A stretch of DNA of 56,316 nucleotides, filler included, from Asterionella formosa (taxonomy: Eukaryota): NCBI GenBank assembly GCA_002256025.1. It is 6 parts of 6 records of this genome, joined end to end, with 100 filler letters (N's around TTAATTAATTAA, not from the genome) between each part and the next. Parts side by side here need not be neighbours in the genome. Positions count along the whole stretch, not along the records: positions 28,222 to 37,524 come from NKIB01010853.1; positions 37,625 to 46,920 come from NKIB01010854.1; 4 more parts are not named here. One strand, written 5' to 3'. The stretch's first letter is position 1. Each line of letters opens with the position of its first letter. Below, piece after piece: positions 29,320 to 42,640 of the stretch. A model generated the notes under the pieces. It was not told the origin of the DNA, ran no database searches, and was given only the letters and a program-made list of their open reading frames with translations. A program made the position numbers and the translations under genes.

Positions 29320-31960
29320 ACCATAGGGGTGCGTGTCAGGGGGGGGGGGACCCATTCTTCCGCCATTGATCATTTCTGATCGCTTCAATCGAAGCTCTCC
29401 TCACGATCCACAACGCCGCGCCTTGTCACACTTGTCACAACCCCTTCTTCATTACAAGGTCTCAAAACCCCTTCGTCCTTCTCAGCTGCCAGTGGTGGCT
29501 CCCATCGGTGTGCCCCCTTGTTGCCATGTCTCATCCACCTCTCCACCACAGTAGATTACGCTATTCCAAACGAAGGGTACCAAACTATTACACCATTCCA
29601 AGAGGGTACCAGAAACATCTACAAAATAAGCAGGCTTGTAGGTGGCCCAGGTTGCGGCACCACGTGCACAGTTTGTGGTACCACACACCACCAGAACAAT
29701 ATTTTAAACACCCAACATCCTACGGCATACCTGACACTCAACCATCATGTCATCCTACTCCGAACGGCTTCAAGACCCGACTTTTGATGTCTATCAAGGA
29801 AATCATGCCCCTGTTGTGCAAAAATTTTCTCTTCATACCCCCAACCCGGTCAAAGCCCAGGATCTCATGGCTGCCATCACTAGTGGGGAACACCCACACT
29901 TAGCTTTCGCCGTCCCTACCCAACTCCATGGACAAATCAAAGTCACCTGCCTAATCGCATCTTCCGCTATCCTGGCTGGCTAGGTGTTCCAACTCCATGG
30001 GACAACTATGTCTTTGGTTTGCTTGGGGATGTAGTAGTCCAACAGTTCCCATTAGTGTACACCGGTGACAAAATCTTTGCTCCTCTTGGACCATTACATG
30101 TCCCGACCATCAATACAATGGATGAAGCCCTTCAAAATTGGGACCAACATGGAGGCCCTTGGGAGTTCTTGGGCCCTTTAACCCCTCCTGAAACTGCTCT
30201 CTTCCAACTGGGCACCACAGAAATAGTTCATGTGTGCCGCTCTATATACCTCCCCCATTCCTTGCCGCCATCCTCATCAACTGGGACCTCAGCCCCTGGC
30301 AAGCATGGCAGGAGTTGTGCGGCCAGATCCTGGCAAAGGGTCTCCGGGATGCTCACACCGACATTCTTGCATGGTTACGCATCGCAAATGTATGGAAGGG
30401 GCCAAACCCCCTAGACCCCATGGATGTCCTGCCGGGAAACCTCCTCCCACCTCCCCAGTTTGTCACCCCTCTCAACAGAGCCATCGCCAAATACACAGCC
30501 ACAGTGGTTCACAGGGACCTGGGACCCCATTAACCTCTGCCTCACTTGGCTCCCTTGCCCCCTGATGCCCTGACCCAGGCCCTCACTGTTTTGCTCCGCT
30601 CCCGTGACACCCCTGCTGACCCTGCCTCCAACCCCAAACTCCCTTCCCACCGCTTCTGAGGGGCCCTCCCATTCCTCCTCAAATTCTGTGATGTCGACAT
30701 CAAAGAGGAACTCCCCCCACACTATCATGAGCTAGCCAATGCCCTAAAAGGGGAAGCGGCCTGTGTTCTCCACCAACATTTCCTTCAGTGTGCCCCCATT
30801 GAAAACCTAGAGTCCACCCACTCCCTTGTGGCCACCCCCACCCTCGTAAATGCTATCACCAGATGTGATTTTGTGGGCAACCTCCACAAGCTTGGCACGG
30901 GCCTCACCCCGTTTCTGGTGACATATGTCTCCCAAGCCTTCAACGCTCACCTCAAAGACCTCTCTGCAATCTCCTCAGATCTCCATAGTGGCGCCAACAC
31001 CCTCACCCTCCCTGATGTTCTTGCTCTCAAGGAAGCTTCCAAACTTCCCCTTCCACCCACCATGTGGCATGCCTTGATAACACTCAAATCTTTCCTCCTG
31101 GTTTTGGCAGAGGTCTTTGGGCCCCACAATAGCTTGACCACCCACTACCGCCTATTTATTCATGCCCTCCGCCATAGCGAAATGCTGGCAATGGAATACA
31201 GGGACGACCTCAACTGCCCCCCACTCCTCCCGGCCCAAATCCTCCATTGGGTAGACCTCCGCCTAAAACATTTTTTCCTTGCCCTTGCCCACAGCCCCAC
31301 TCCCGCCACTGTCCTGGTCCCGGACTTCCAAGCCTTGCTTCAAGAGCTACACTTCAAAACCTTTCACCTTATGCCCCCCCCCTCCAAATGCCCTCCTTTG
31401 CACTCCCACCACGCCCTCGGACGCAACTCCCACAGTCCCGCACCCCACACCCTATCCCTTGACAACTGGTACTATCATTAGCGACACCTCTTCTGTCACA
31501 GGACCCCCTACCACCATATCCCCAAGTCCCCAGGCCCGCCCAACCAAAATTATCAACCCAGCTGTCAACTCCGCCCTTCATAGCCTCTACGTCGCCTTCA
31601 ATGCTGCAGGCGGCCGCATTGGGGATGCCAAACAATAAGCCCGGCCCCCAAACAACTCGGCGGGGAAAACGATGTGTGTGTCCTATCACGCACTCTAAAG
31701 AAGACACACGCCCAGGACCATGCCCCCCACTCAGCCGCTGAGACCGCAAAACTCCAAACATGGATAGAAAAACACATGATACAACATTTGCTCTACTGGC
31801 AAATCTAGATTTAACGGTTCCCCGAAGGATCCCAGTAAATAGCCATTACCACCATACTAAACAATGGTATAGGAGTGAATGACTAGTCTAGGCGGCAAAT
31901 GCCGCCCTATGATGATGTCTGGTGAGGGTACTGTGCCAAGGGCCATACCTGCCAACTATT
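29320..31960 (+). mobile_element. Decayed C-rich element, probable gag-like ORF1 of a DIRS/Ngaro-type retrotransposon
   Basis: Abrupt GC/C-rich block with overlapping broken ORFs (29747-31638) ending in GKTMCVSYH, which resembles the gag Cys/His finger of such elements; hairpin GGCGGCA-AA-TGCCGCC at 31891-31906; no RT or recombinase seen. Confidence 0.5.
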
Positions 31961-32834
31961 ATGGATCTGCCCAGGAAATTTTAGTTGTCATGAACCCTCC
32001 TGTTGGTCAGTTAGTGGCCGATGTGCCTATGAAAAAACCAGCAGAATGCTGAACAGATCGCCTTAACAGAAGTATGTGCGACAATAGCAACAATGCTATG
32101 ATTTTAATAATATACATATATATATATATATATATATTTATGAGCAACAGCACATTGAATATGTCTTACATCAATCATTACCTGAATAACTTTTGTTATT
32201 TACAAGATAATTACAGGTTGGATATCACCGCTAATATATCATTCCATCTCAAGGCCTGATTCCGGTCTCATTCTTTCTTTGCCTAAGAATGCATAAGCTT
32301 AATTGCATTTCATTCTCATGTCATTAGCAACCCAAGGATTGGTGGCTGCGTTGTATATACATGACATAAGATGAATATTAATTGATTGCGGTGGATCCTG
32401 ATCTTTAACTTATGAATGGATTGTACTTCAGGACATTTTGTTGTAAAATCGAACATTTATAATCAATATATACCATGCATAGCAGGTATGATCCCATCTT
32501 TTCTTCCTTTGCCAGTACTCAGCATGATGCTCCCAAAATTTAATCCGTCAGTTTGTATCTTGCAACAGAAGTACCTGGTCTTAGTACCTTCTGCGAGTTT
32601 GCTCATTTGTCCAGCTGATTAATTTATGACGGATAATCTACAAATACCATGTCCTGTCTGTATGGTGGATATATCAGTGTTTTTCTGCATATCATGCATT
32701 CCTATAATGATACGCACAGAACATTTGCACAATGGTTTGTTACATTTTGGTACATCTATCAAGGATTATGTTTACACATGAAACATCAAGCTCCTAAATA
32801 TACAGATACGGAAAGATGCTGTTATCATGGCTGA

Positions 32835-33915
32835 AGTCCTCCAGCACAATTCTATATGAAATGGTCTGCTGAAGAAACTGACTCATTGGGATATCGATAA
32901 ACTCCAACCGACTTTTTTTTTTTCAAATTTTGGTCTTCAAAATTTAAAACAGGATTGAAATGGAACTAGTCCATTTGTATGGTTACCTATGCATACATCA
33001 ACAAACTTTTGCATCAATGAAAGCATCGTTAGTTGCAGATACTACCCTCATGCGTTATCCTGATCGTAATTTTCCTTTCCATATTTTTTACTAATGTTTC
33101 TGATTTTCAATTAAGAAACTTTCAAAGAATTTCGCTCTATGTCATTGAATGCGGTTCTACATGTTCACACTGATCATCATATTTTATCTTTATTACCCTA
33201 CACAGAAACTCAACATGTTCTCCGGTGGAGGATTTATATTGAAGAATATCTTCTCACTTTTCACTATATGAAGGGTACTGATAATGTCAAATATTACAAC
33301 TTCTATCTCTCGCCTCCTGAGGCTTGAGTCTTTAGTGGGGGATGATACTGGACCGAAATCTTCAGCATCAACATCCAATTCTACTTTCTCAATTGAAGTA
33401 GATGATGAACCTTTGTTTATCTGTTTCCTCAATCTTTCAATTTTGGCAGACAAAACTTAATATCCTCTGGATTATAACTCAATACATGATAGACAATTTC
33501 TGGATATACAATTGATTCTCAATCAAACAACTCATTGCATTCTCAATCAACAAACACATCCGTTAAAATTTCCCTCTATCAATTTTCATCATATACATTT
33601 AATATGTTTGGTAAAGATTCCAGAGATACTACTTGACGTATTGTTATTCCTACATCACTATTGGATCCTATTATTTATTGGTATCATCAGATGTTAGCTC
33701 ATGTGGGTATGATAAGATGAAATGCCACAGTTTCTACACATTTTTACTATCCTCCATTAAAAGAAAGAGTGGAACATATTGCAAGCATATATGAAACATG
33801 TCAAAACGTACAAAATTACCTGGTGCTTGGTTTTGGTGAACTTCCACCAAGGAATGCATTGTTATTACAATGCTCAGAAGTCACAGTGGATTTCATTGGT
33901 CCATGGAAGATAACA
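32835..33915 (+). mobile_element. Decayed Ty3/gypsy pol remnant (RT end, RNase H, integrase)
   Basis: Fragments YPDRNFPFHIF, LHVHTDH, VLRWRIYIEEY, YMKGTDNV, HQMLAHVG, GFGELPPR, VTVDFIGPW in RNaseH-then-integrase order, with many stops. Confidence 0.85.
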
Positions 33916-34558
33916 GCGACTGCATCATTTCAAGAAAACCCAGGTTTGGTATGCCATGTGAAACGCCATGATGGCGTCCCTACTGATAATAGAGCAGCTA
34001 TCATTTGAATTGCTATCATGATGATAAAACAAAGCATGTGTTTGCGGCATACCCTTTTTCTTAAAAATTTCACAAGCAGAAAGTTTCATCAAGTAGAAAG
34101 AAAATGATTCTTCTGGCTAAAAACTGATCACTTTGGGTGATGTTGATTGTTCACTCCTCCCTCCATGGACATACTAGCAATTGATTTCCATGCTCAGAGA
34201 TGAATTGTGCAGCTTTGGTTTTGATCTTGTTCCATTTTTGTCATGTGAAAATTAGCTTTTACATCAGATTCAGTTTGGAGAGTAAAGCTGCATTGAATTG
34301 ATTCTCATTGGGTTTAAGGGGATGAAACACATCCAACTGAGACTGAGTAATGTTCAAAATTGATTGATAAGAAGCTATACTGTTATTGATGAAATAATTA
34401 CAAACAAGCACAATTGTGCCAAAACTTTAATATTCTGTTATGATAACATAGTTTTTTGAATGGTTACAGTGTGAAGCGCTTCAGAAGCATTGCATGGTGT
34501 CTTCAGAAATGCTGCATGTTCTGCAGTCAATTATTACAAAGGAATCAATACTGATCCT

Positions 34559-35604
34559 TCATAAAAGAAGCAGATTTTTACAAGACTTCATGTAAAAGTC
34601 AGAGTTACAGTCTAGAGTATGGCATGTGACAACACAAACCCTCCCGGGAAAGATTTGTCTTGAGTTTATGACATCCATATCTGCATCACAAAGTGAAGCA
34701 TTTAAGTGATCAATAGCTTGAAGATAAACATTCGCAAAGTTCGATGAAGTGAAAAATAACTTGTTTGATGCCCATAAAAAAGGAATTAGCTGTTTCTGAG
34801 ACCTGATAAAGTGAAAGGCACCTGAGGGTACACCCAACCAATGCTGATTCACAAAATCATCTAAAACGACAATCGATCCCTCTTGAACTACCTCGCAACT
34901 GAAGAATAAATCATTCAAGGTTGTTTCATGTGTGTGACCGCCGTCTACTGATAGAAACCGAAAAGCGGAAAATCCATCTGACCTGAGGTCCACCCCTTTT
35001 AGACTCATACTATTTGCAGTAACGATGCGATTGTTCATAATGGTGTCAATACCAAAGTCTTGAAAGTATTTCAATAGCATTTCTTTACTCCCTTTTCCAG
35101 ATCCATCAACATTTTCGTTTTGGCGCTCAAATAAATCCGCAGCCCATACTCTCTCGGTCTCGAAGGCAAACATTGCAATGGCAACAGCAAATTTTCCATG
35201 GTGAACACCAATTTCCCCCACAGGTCCAACTACGCCATTCCTGTGCTGTACCTGAGAAAGGAAACCAGTGAAGAAAAACGATGGTGGCGCCATCCATCCC
35301 TCCCAATCAGAAAGCATCGTGACATATTTGTCGTAAAGTTCGGGAGTAAAACGAATCTTCTGACTGGCACTATTCTTCAAGGATTCTCCAGGAAGCAAAG
35401 CAGATCGACATTCTATTTGTGGCTGACGCAATAAATACGCTCGAGGTGTAGTGACTCTACCTGAGTAGTTAATTGATCTCATGCAATTGAATGAAGACAT
35501 TGTCAACGCGAGCAGCGACAGCAGCAGAGCTCCTAGAAGGATCACTTTCCTCCCAAAAAAAGTTTCAAGGAAACATTCTTGTGTTTTGGCGTTGAAGAAA
35601 GCAT
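34559..35604 (-). CDS. Class I SAM-dependent methyltransferase (Methyltransf_24-like) with an N-terminal membrane anchor
   Basis: GEIGVHHGK, DLFE, RFLSVDGGHT, VVLDDF motifs; hydrophobic N-terminal segment. The probable ATG at 35604 needs +1 nt in the homopolymer at 35555-35561. Confidence 0.85.
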
Positions 35605-38442
35605 CGGGAAGGTATTATAAAAGCATGTACAAACCATTTTTGTGCGTAATCACTTAATTACTTTCTGTTGGTGTCATATTCATTCACTCTATATATATGA
35701 ATACCGGTATCTCCACGTCTTTTCGGGTTTTGTGGTACGCTTCATAGTGATAAAACAAATGCATGATAAATTATTGCGGGATGATGGTTTGACAGAAATA
35801 TCATATGTACATTGTTACGTCACCATAAAAACCTACAGCGCCATAACACATTTAAAAATTCTAACTAGAAAAGTGACATCATATTCATTCACTAAATGTA
35901 TATTTGTCTAATATGTATCACGGGTGTACCGGTACTTTCTGGTATTACCATATTTATTCACTATACCGGCCAGTATGTAAATATATTCATCTATAAATTT
36001 TATGTGGAAATAGTTTATCGGTCATGAAAATAATTTGTTAATTCTTTATTATACAGTATTGCATTTTGGTTGTTTTACCGGTATGTCACAGTCCATTGGT
36101 GGCTGACAACATTTAGGTTTCCCCAAAACCTGTTAGCATCGCTTTTTTTGTATATCTGGTTTTGGTTTTGGTCCATGGTTAGCACCAGCCTAATCCATCG
36201 ATAAACTCAAAACTTTCACAACCATTCTTGAATGAGTCAAGTAACTAGGATATAGCTGAGGCGGGGACACTTCAGAAATTTGAGAAAGTGGCAGACGCTT
36301 TCTTGATTCTCTCTTATTATTTTGCTCGGTCAGCTTTTCCTAATCAATTTAAAAAATTTCCTTATAGAACGAAAGTAAAACCAGTTTTTGAAGGACTAAA
36401 TCATTTTAAACTGCTAAGTAATGACATTACCACGCCTGACTCCTCTGTGCTGGTAGTCATTCCTGGTATCAGTGACATGAGCAGACTCACAAACCTGAAA
36501 GCTTCACTTCTACAGCTTTGGCAATCTTCTTCTGCCAATTGCTTATTTGGTCATAGTTTGATTGCAAATTCCAGAAATGCGGTGTTCTTCCGAGCAGTGA
36601 TGGCACAAAACAAAATCATAAAATTGTTGATTGTTGCAGTTTCGATTGTGAAAGTCAGAGGGAGATTTGTTCTTCCGAAATTAATAGTGCATGCCAAGCA
36701 CCAGTTATGAACAATCCTTGACCATTTATATTATTGTTATAATCTTTTCATTACTAGACATTGTTGTTTTCTTTTGAAGAACAATAGAATCTATCAGACC
36801 AGCACCTAAGTCATGCCATCATCATCTCCATCTATCATGGGGGTAAGGTTGTCGACATTTTCTGTATTAGAAAGCTTAGCCTCTAAATGTAGAGATACCC
36901 TTGTCTCGTCACAGGACATATTGTGCATTATTGTGAGAGATCGACTGGCTTCTTCTTGATTTGGTGAACGATCAATAAGAATAGGCCACTGCTTTTCATT
37001 TGAAAAAAATAGTTCAAATGTTTTGAATTTTCTGTATAAGAGGACTTCTCTGATAAATGCATTGGGGCAACTATGGAATTAACATATGAACTCTTTTTTC
37101 TGGAGAACTGTAAACCTTCTCGAAATCATCAGATTTGGAAGGAAACAGACATGTGCTCTCAACCGATTCAATGAGTCGTTTCAATTTCTTCCTCGATGTT
37201 AAAACGTCTTCTAGTGTAAACCCAAATAGACTATCCTCTTTGTCATTCTGAATGTTCTTTTTGTTTTCCATGATATCAACTTTGATTGGTGTCCCCTTTC
37301 TAATGTACCTACTCGAAACGGCAATAAAATAGTCATAATATTGTATGTAGTTCACCTTTATTCATGATAAGGTTCCCCCCCCATCAAGTATAGGTACCAA
37401 TCTCACCTTGTTTGTACAAGACGTGTTATTGCATACTCAACATCACCTACAGGTACCGGTACCAACATCACCTTGCTTGTTTGTATGAGAAGAACGTGTG
37501 ATTGTTGCGTACCAGGTACCTGGTNNNNNNNNNNNNNNNNNNNNNNNNNNNNNNNNNNNNNNNNNNNNTTAATTAATTAANNNNNNNNNNNNNNNNNNNN
37601 NNNNNNNNNNNNNNNNNNNNNNNNGCCTGATGGCTGTGAGGGTTTCTTACGTATGAGGTATACCGTAGTATTTAGCAATACTATAATTATAATTATAGTA
37701 TAGTACAAAGATGAGAAGAAATCTTTATTTCTACTGTATGTGATACTACCTGGTCTACCGGTAGGTAAGAAATAGCTAGCAACAGGGGCTAGCACCACTG
37801 TCTGGAAAAGTATTTGTCAATGTGAATACGGTATTGTTTTATTTTTACGTGCCATAAAAACATACGACTTGCCTTTCATTTTCCTCAACTCTACTGCTGT
37901 GGTCTCCCTGAATATACCGGTACACACCAAGGTACCTGGTACCAGGGTACCAGGGTACCAGGGAGTCCATCTCAGTATGTAAGGTAATTAACGGTACGGT
38001 GTTGCTCTTCTATTTGTTAAATACCGGTATGATGAAGTCTCATCCGTCTGTCCCAGGTATCAGGTACCAGGTACCAGGTTACCGTTCCTGGTACTGATAC
38101 CGGTTCATGATTTATTGGATGGATATCATGCTACCTGGTACTCCGTACCAGGTAGTAATCATAAGCAACAATAAATATTACCAGTACGGTACCTGGTAGA
38201 CATGATCATTCTATCATGAACCAACATGATTTACAATTGTTGGCTCTGTGAACTTCCCGTCAGGCCACCCACCAGAACCCTCTTTTAGCTCGATGAGCCG
38301 GGCATGCTGAAGTTTTTTATTTACGACCAGCAACAACATCAGCAGTCCGCTTTCTTCATATCGGTATACCTGATAAGTATCTGCTGTACTATCATTGACA
38401 AGCCAGCCTTTTTTCAAAGAATAAAATATATGATTATATGAT

Positions 38443-39546
38443 ATGGAGTCTGAAAATGATACTCGCGACGAAGATTTCGAACACAATGACCAAAAGCGAA
38501 TCATGACAATTGGCTGTCCCGAGGCCAAACGACTCAAGTGGGAAGCCAAACAGACTAGAAAGGAAGCAGAGTTATTAAAGAATCATGAAAGAGAACAATG
38601 GTTTGCAAGAAACTCGTCCTTTTGTACGCGGTTGACTTTGCGAGACATAGAGCAGGTGAAAAAAGAGAATTCAGAGCAGCGTCTTGCCAAATTTCTCGCT
38701 CCATTTATCAATCTGAAAGATGGGTCCAAAAATATCGTCGAAGGAGAGAATCTTTTCATAGCAGAAGGAACAGATACTGTTAGAGTTCTTATCAAAGGAG
38801 CTGCGATCAACGGCATCAAGATCAAGTCAATTTTGGTCAAACCAGCAACTCTGTTTGACCCCCCTGTCAACTTGCTAGAGGAAATTGAAAGCCTTCGACA
38901 AGTATTAACAGACGATGAAGACCAGCAATTTCATGTACTGGTAGGAGAAGAAAAAGCTCTAAGTGCTATCGCAGGCTTTCAGATATCACGAGGAGCACTA
39001 GCTTGTGGGGTTGTCCCTACTAAGAACCGCGACGAGATGTTCCTGACCACACTTCTCGCATCCAGTTCAACCCTTCACCTACTTGCACTCGATGGGATTT
39101 GTGATACTGCCAATATGGGATCCATAATTCGGTGTGCAGCTGCTTTTGGAATTGATGCTATTATCTTGAGTCATGACTGCTGTGACCCGTGGTACAGGCG
39201 ATCTGTTCGGGTTAGTATGGGACACATCTTTCATATTCCTATCATTAGAGTTTTAGACCTGGCAACAACAATTAAACTTATGGAATTGAGAAATATCATT
39301 TCCTATGCAGCGGTTATTGATCCTGATGCAGAGCTGATCCTGGAAAAGCTTGTAAAAAATGAGGTACCCAGTTCTTGGTGCTGCGTAATGGGAAACGAAG
39401 GAAGTGGCATATCAAAGAAAGTTGCCGAGGCATGTACGACACGACTTCGGATTTCAATGGTTAGCGGCGTTGATTCTTTGAGCGTTCCAATCGCGACTGG
39501 TATCCTCCTTCATGGACTTATTGAGCGGACAAAGCGTAACAAGTAA
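38443..39546 (+). CDS. SpoU/TrmH-family RNA methyltransferase
   Basis: FIAEG, LALDGICDTANMGSIIRCAAAFG, RRSVRVSMG, VMGNEGSGIS, VDSLSV SPOUT motifs. Confidence 0.93.
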   Translation: MESENDTRDEDFEHNDQKRIMTIGCPEAKRLKWEAKQTRKEAELLKNHEREQWFARNSSFCTRLTLRDIEQVKKENSEQRLAKFLAPFINLKDGSKNIVEGENLFIAEGTDTVRVLIKGAAINGIKIKSILVKPATLFDPPVNLLEEIESLRQVLTDDEDQQFHVLVGEEKALSAIAGFQISRGALACGVVPTKNRDEMFLTTLLASSSTLHLLALDGICDTANMGSIIRCAAAFGIDAIILSHDCCDPWYRRSVRVSMGHIFHIPIIRVLDLATTIKLMELRNIISYAAVIDPDAELILEKLVKNEVPSSWCCVMGNEGSGISKKVAEACTTRLRISMVSGVDSLSVPIATGILLHGLIERTKRNK

Positions 39547-39716
39547 TAGTAACAATACCCAGAACGACCTCAGCATAGCATAGTTGACACATTCACTAAA
39601 GAAAGTAGTGACCTTACTAGAGTTAGATATTAAATTAATACCTTTTTCGATATAGTTTAGGCAACAAAGGTGTTTCCCACTTTGAGAAGTGCCATCTTCA
39701 GGTTCACCTATGAGTT

Positions 39717-42136
39717 TCAGTACTGCTGCGGGTAGTACGGCGCTTGTTGGCCATATTGTGGCGTTGGTGACTGCTGCCCATACGCTGGAGCAGGCTGTCC
39801 GTAGGCAGGTTGTTGCGGCATCAGGGGCTGTTGACCGTAACCTGGCACGTGCTGTCCATAGCTCGGTTGTTGCTGCATTGGCGGCTGCTGGCTGTACATT
39901 GGCGCAGGCTGACCATAGACAGGCTGCTGCATTGGCGACTGTTGGCCATACGCCGGAGTAGGTTGTACATAGGCAGGTTGTTGCTGCATTGGTGGCTGCT
40001 GACCGTAAGCTGGTGTGGGCTGACCATAGCTCATAGGCGACTGTTGAGGAGGAGCACTATATTGCTCGTATCCACCTCCCCAATTCCCGGTTTGCTGTCC
40101 TGAGACAACTAACGCGGCGGGAGCGACAGGTGCAGCGGCTGGTGATCTCATTATGTCCTTCTTTGGTGCAGTACTCTTCTTCATGTCGGCAAGCGGTACG
40201 TTTGCCGAAATACTACTGGAAGTAGTGTCGAACGGGTTTGATCTCTTTTCCTCACGCTTCGATACCAGATCGAATTTGTCCATGTTGGCAAACTTGGAAA
40301 AAGCTTGGTCAGCCAAGGATGCACCAGTATTTGAACTGGAACTGGTGCTGGCGGCGAAAGGATTGGACGAATCAGTACTCAGCTGGTTCATTGTAAAAAT
40401 TGCAGGATCAGAAGCAATATTAGGTGCCACATGAACTTCTTCTTCTGAAGGGGCATATCCATTTTGGTTCGGTACAGGCGAGGGTTCGAATCCAATGTTT
40501 TGAGGAGCTGGAACATATTGCTGACTTTGGTCGTAGGGGGCAGGAGCTCCATATGGTGCAGGCGCAGCGTATTGCTGCGAAGTATCGTAACCGGAAGCTC
40601 CGTAAGGCGAGGCAGGAGGCGCAGCAAATTGTTGGGAAGGATCGCACGCAGGGGTATCGATTTGCTGATACATCGTTCCTTGTGGTGAAGTAAACCCGAG
40701 ACTAGAAGGAGTGGCCTGAGCTTGAGGGGAACTAAAGTCAGGGGCACCGTATCCAGCTGGGGGGATTGGTGGGGACAAGAATGGAGCAGGAGGAGAGCCG
40801 TAAGTTGCACCGAAAAAAGCAGTGGGAGCTGCCCCGTACGTCGGGGGAGCACTGTGGGACGGAGTTACGGGTTGACCCTGATATGGGCTGTTCATGGATG
40901 GGGGAAGGGCACTGGGAATAATTCAAGAAGGGGGTGAGCAATTGCACAATGACCAACCAAACATGTAATCATCGCAAGAAAGGTTGACGTACAGTAGCGC
41001 AGATCCAGCGTTCTGAGGGGGATAAGCACCTTGGGCTGGAGCCATATCGTATCCAGACTGCGACGGAAGGGCTAGTGGCCCTGGAGTAGGAGCAGGGGAA
41101 TCGCCGAAAAGACCTAGAAGAAGAAGATCCTCACTTTTCTGGCTGCTCTGAGCAGCTGAAGCACCACCTGGACCAGCACCTGGAGTACCCGTTTCTTCGA
41201 TCGAGTTCTTGATAGCTTCCTGCAAGTAAGCATCCTCCTCAGCAGGTGTTCGAGGCGCTTCAATGCTGGCAATATGATTGCTGCCGCTTCCAAGACTAGC
41301 AGGTGGGATCGTATAGTTGCTGTATCCGCGCGCAGTCATCCGAGCACTACTGCTTCCAAGGGCACCAGCTTGCCCTCCCGACTGGTTGCTCGGGTCTCCG
41401 CGGGGCTGTTCACCAGCGGCTAAGCCAAGGCGAAAAACCTTCGGGAAGGTGAAGAAGCTCTGTCCGTCAACAAAGAAATCGTACTGACGCCATCCAGGGG
41501 TCGTCGAAAGAGGAGGAGACGCATGTGCCAAAATCTTCAACACATGGTTTCCTTTCATAGTCCATCCAAAATCAAAGATGCCGCCACGCGAAGTGGAGAC
41601 ATGAACCTCATGGCCGTCCGCCAAAACCAACTTCTTTCCGGAGGTGACGCTCCAAACCAAGGTGATGTCATGCTCTTCGCCACGGCAAGCTATTCCTGTC
41701 TCTCCTTGTGCAAGAGCTTCAGGATTGGCGAAACCAAATCGCCTTCAAAACAAGAAAAACGCAGGAGCATTGTTAGTTGGATTGTTGCGCACCCGGATGC
41801 ACAGTTACACGAATAGAAGCCTTGGTTGTGGTCAGTTTAAAGCCATAGATTCCTTGCGAAAAATGAAGTCCTTGCCACGGCAATTCCTTATCTGTGGTGC
41901 GAGTGCTTTTCAACTCTTTCAAAGCACAAGAAACAAGCTCGAAATGACTTGATGCAAAACAATCGTGCGACGAACAATGGGACTTACCAGCGAACTCGTC
42001 GTTTCGTGCTAGCAATGTGCTTTCCACTTGCCACCGCAGTGAAGTCAATCTGATACACAACTGGGACCCGGGCGCTGCTTGGCGCTGAAGCTTGCGGTCC
42101 AGGTCCGCCGGGGACCATGGCACCGTACGACGACAT
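39717..42136 (-). CDS. Three-exon protein (~697 aa): globular N-domain, UIM-like helix, NPF motifs, P/Q/Y-rich tail; exons 42136-41988, 41742-40993, 40911-39717
   Basis: GT-AG introns 41743-41987 and 40912-40992 join the three segments in frame (KRRVRW|RFGFAN; SALL|ALPPSMN). Confidence 0.8.
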
Positions 42137-42640
42137 TGTCTTGAGATGCTGCTGAGGTTATTTTGATATACCAAACTACCAATCGCGTACTCCTCTCTTT
42201 TTTGATCGACTGCCAAAGATCTTCGATAGGCATTACGCACTGGCTGATCTTGGCCTGAAGCACTCCCGAGTAGTCCTTCAGCAGTGGTTAGCAAGATTCA
42301 GGCAATGTTGGTTGTGGTTGTCCTTCTAGGCTACCGGTACCAGTAGTCTACTTACTGGTCAGGTACCTTGTAGGTATATTGCGATGAATACTCCCAGTAT
42401 ACACCAGCATGATTCATTTACCCCCTATTCCACAGATAGTGTAGAGGGGCCAGGTTCCCTCTTGTGGCTGGGTCTTGAAACAAAACCATGTTGAGGAGTG
42501 CACGATTTCCTCAACGCATACCGGTGCATGAAATGTGAATATTATCCAAATGTATGGATATATATCAATTGATTGTTTGGGTTGGCGGGATCGTTAAGGG
42601 CGTTGTGTGAAATGCAAATGCATAGTACTGCTACCAAGGC

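Noticed and set aside
36280..37355. Decayed minus-strand coding remnant, possibly a MULE/SWIM transposase
   Set aside because: Only a weak CxC...LP...CH resemblance among many stops; not enough to call.
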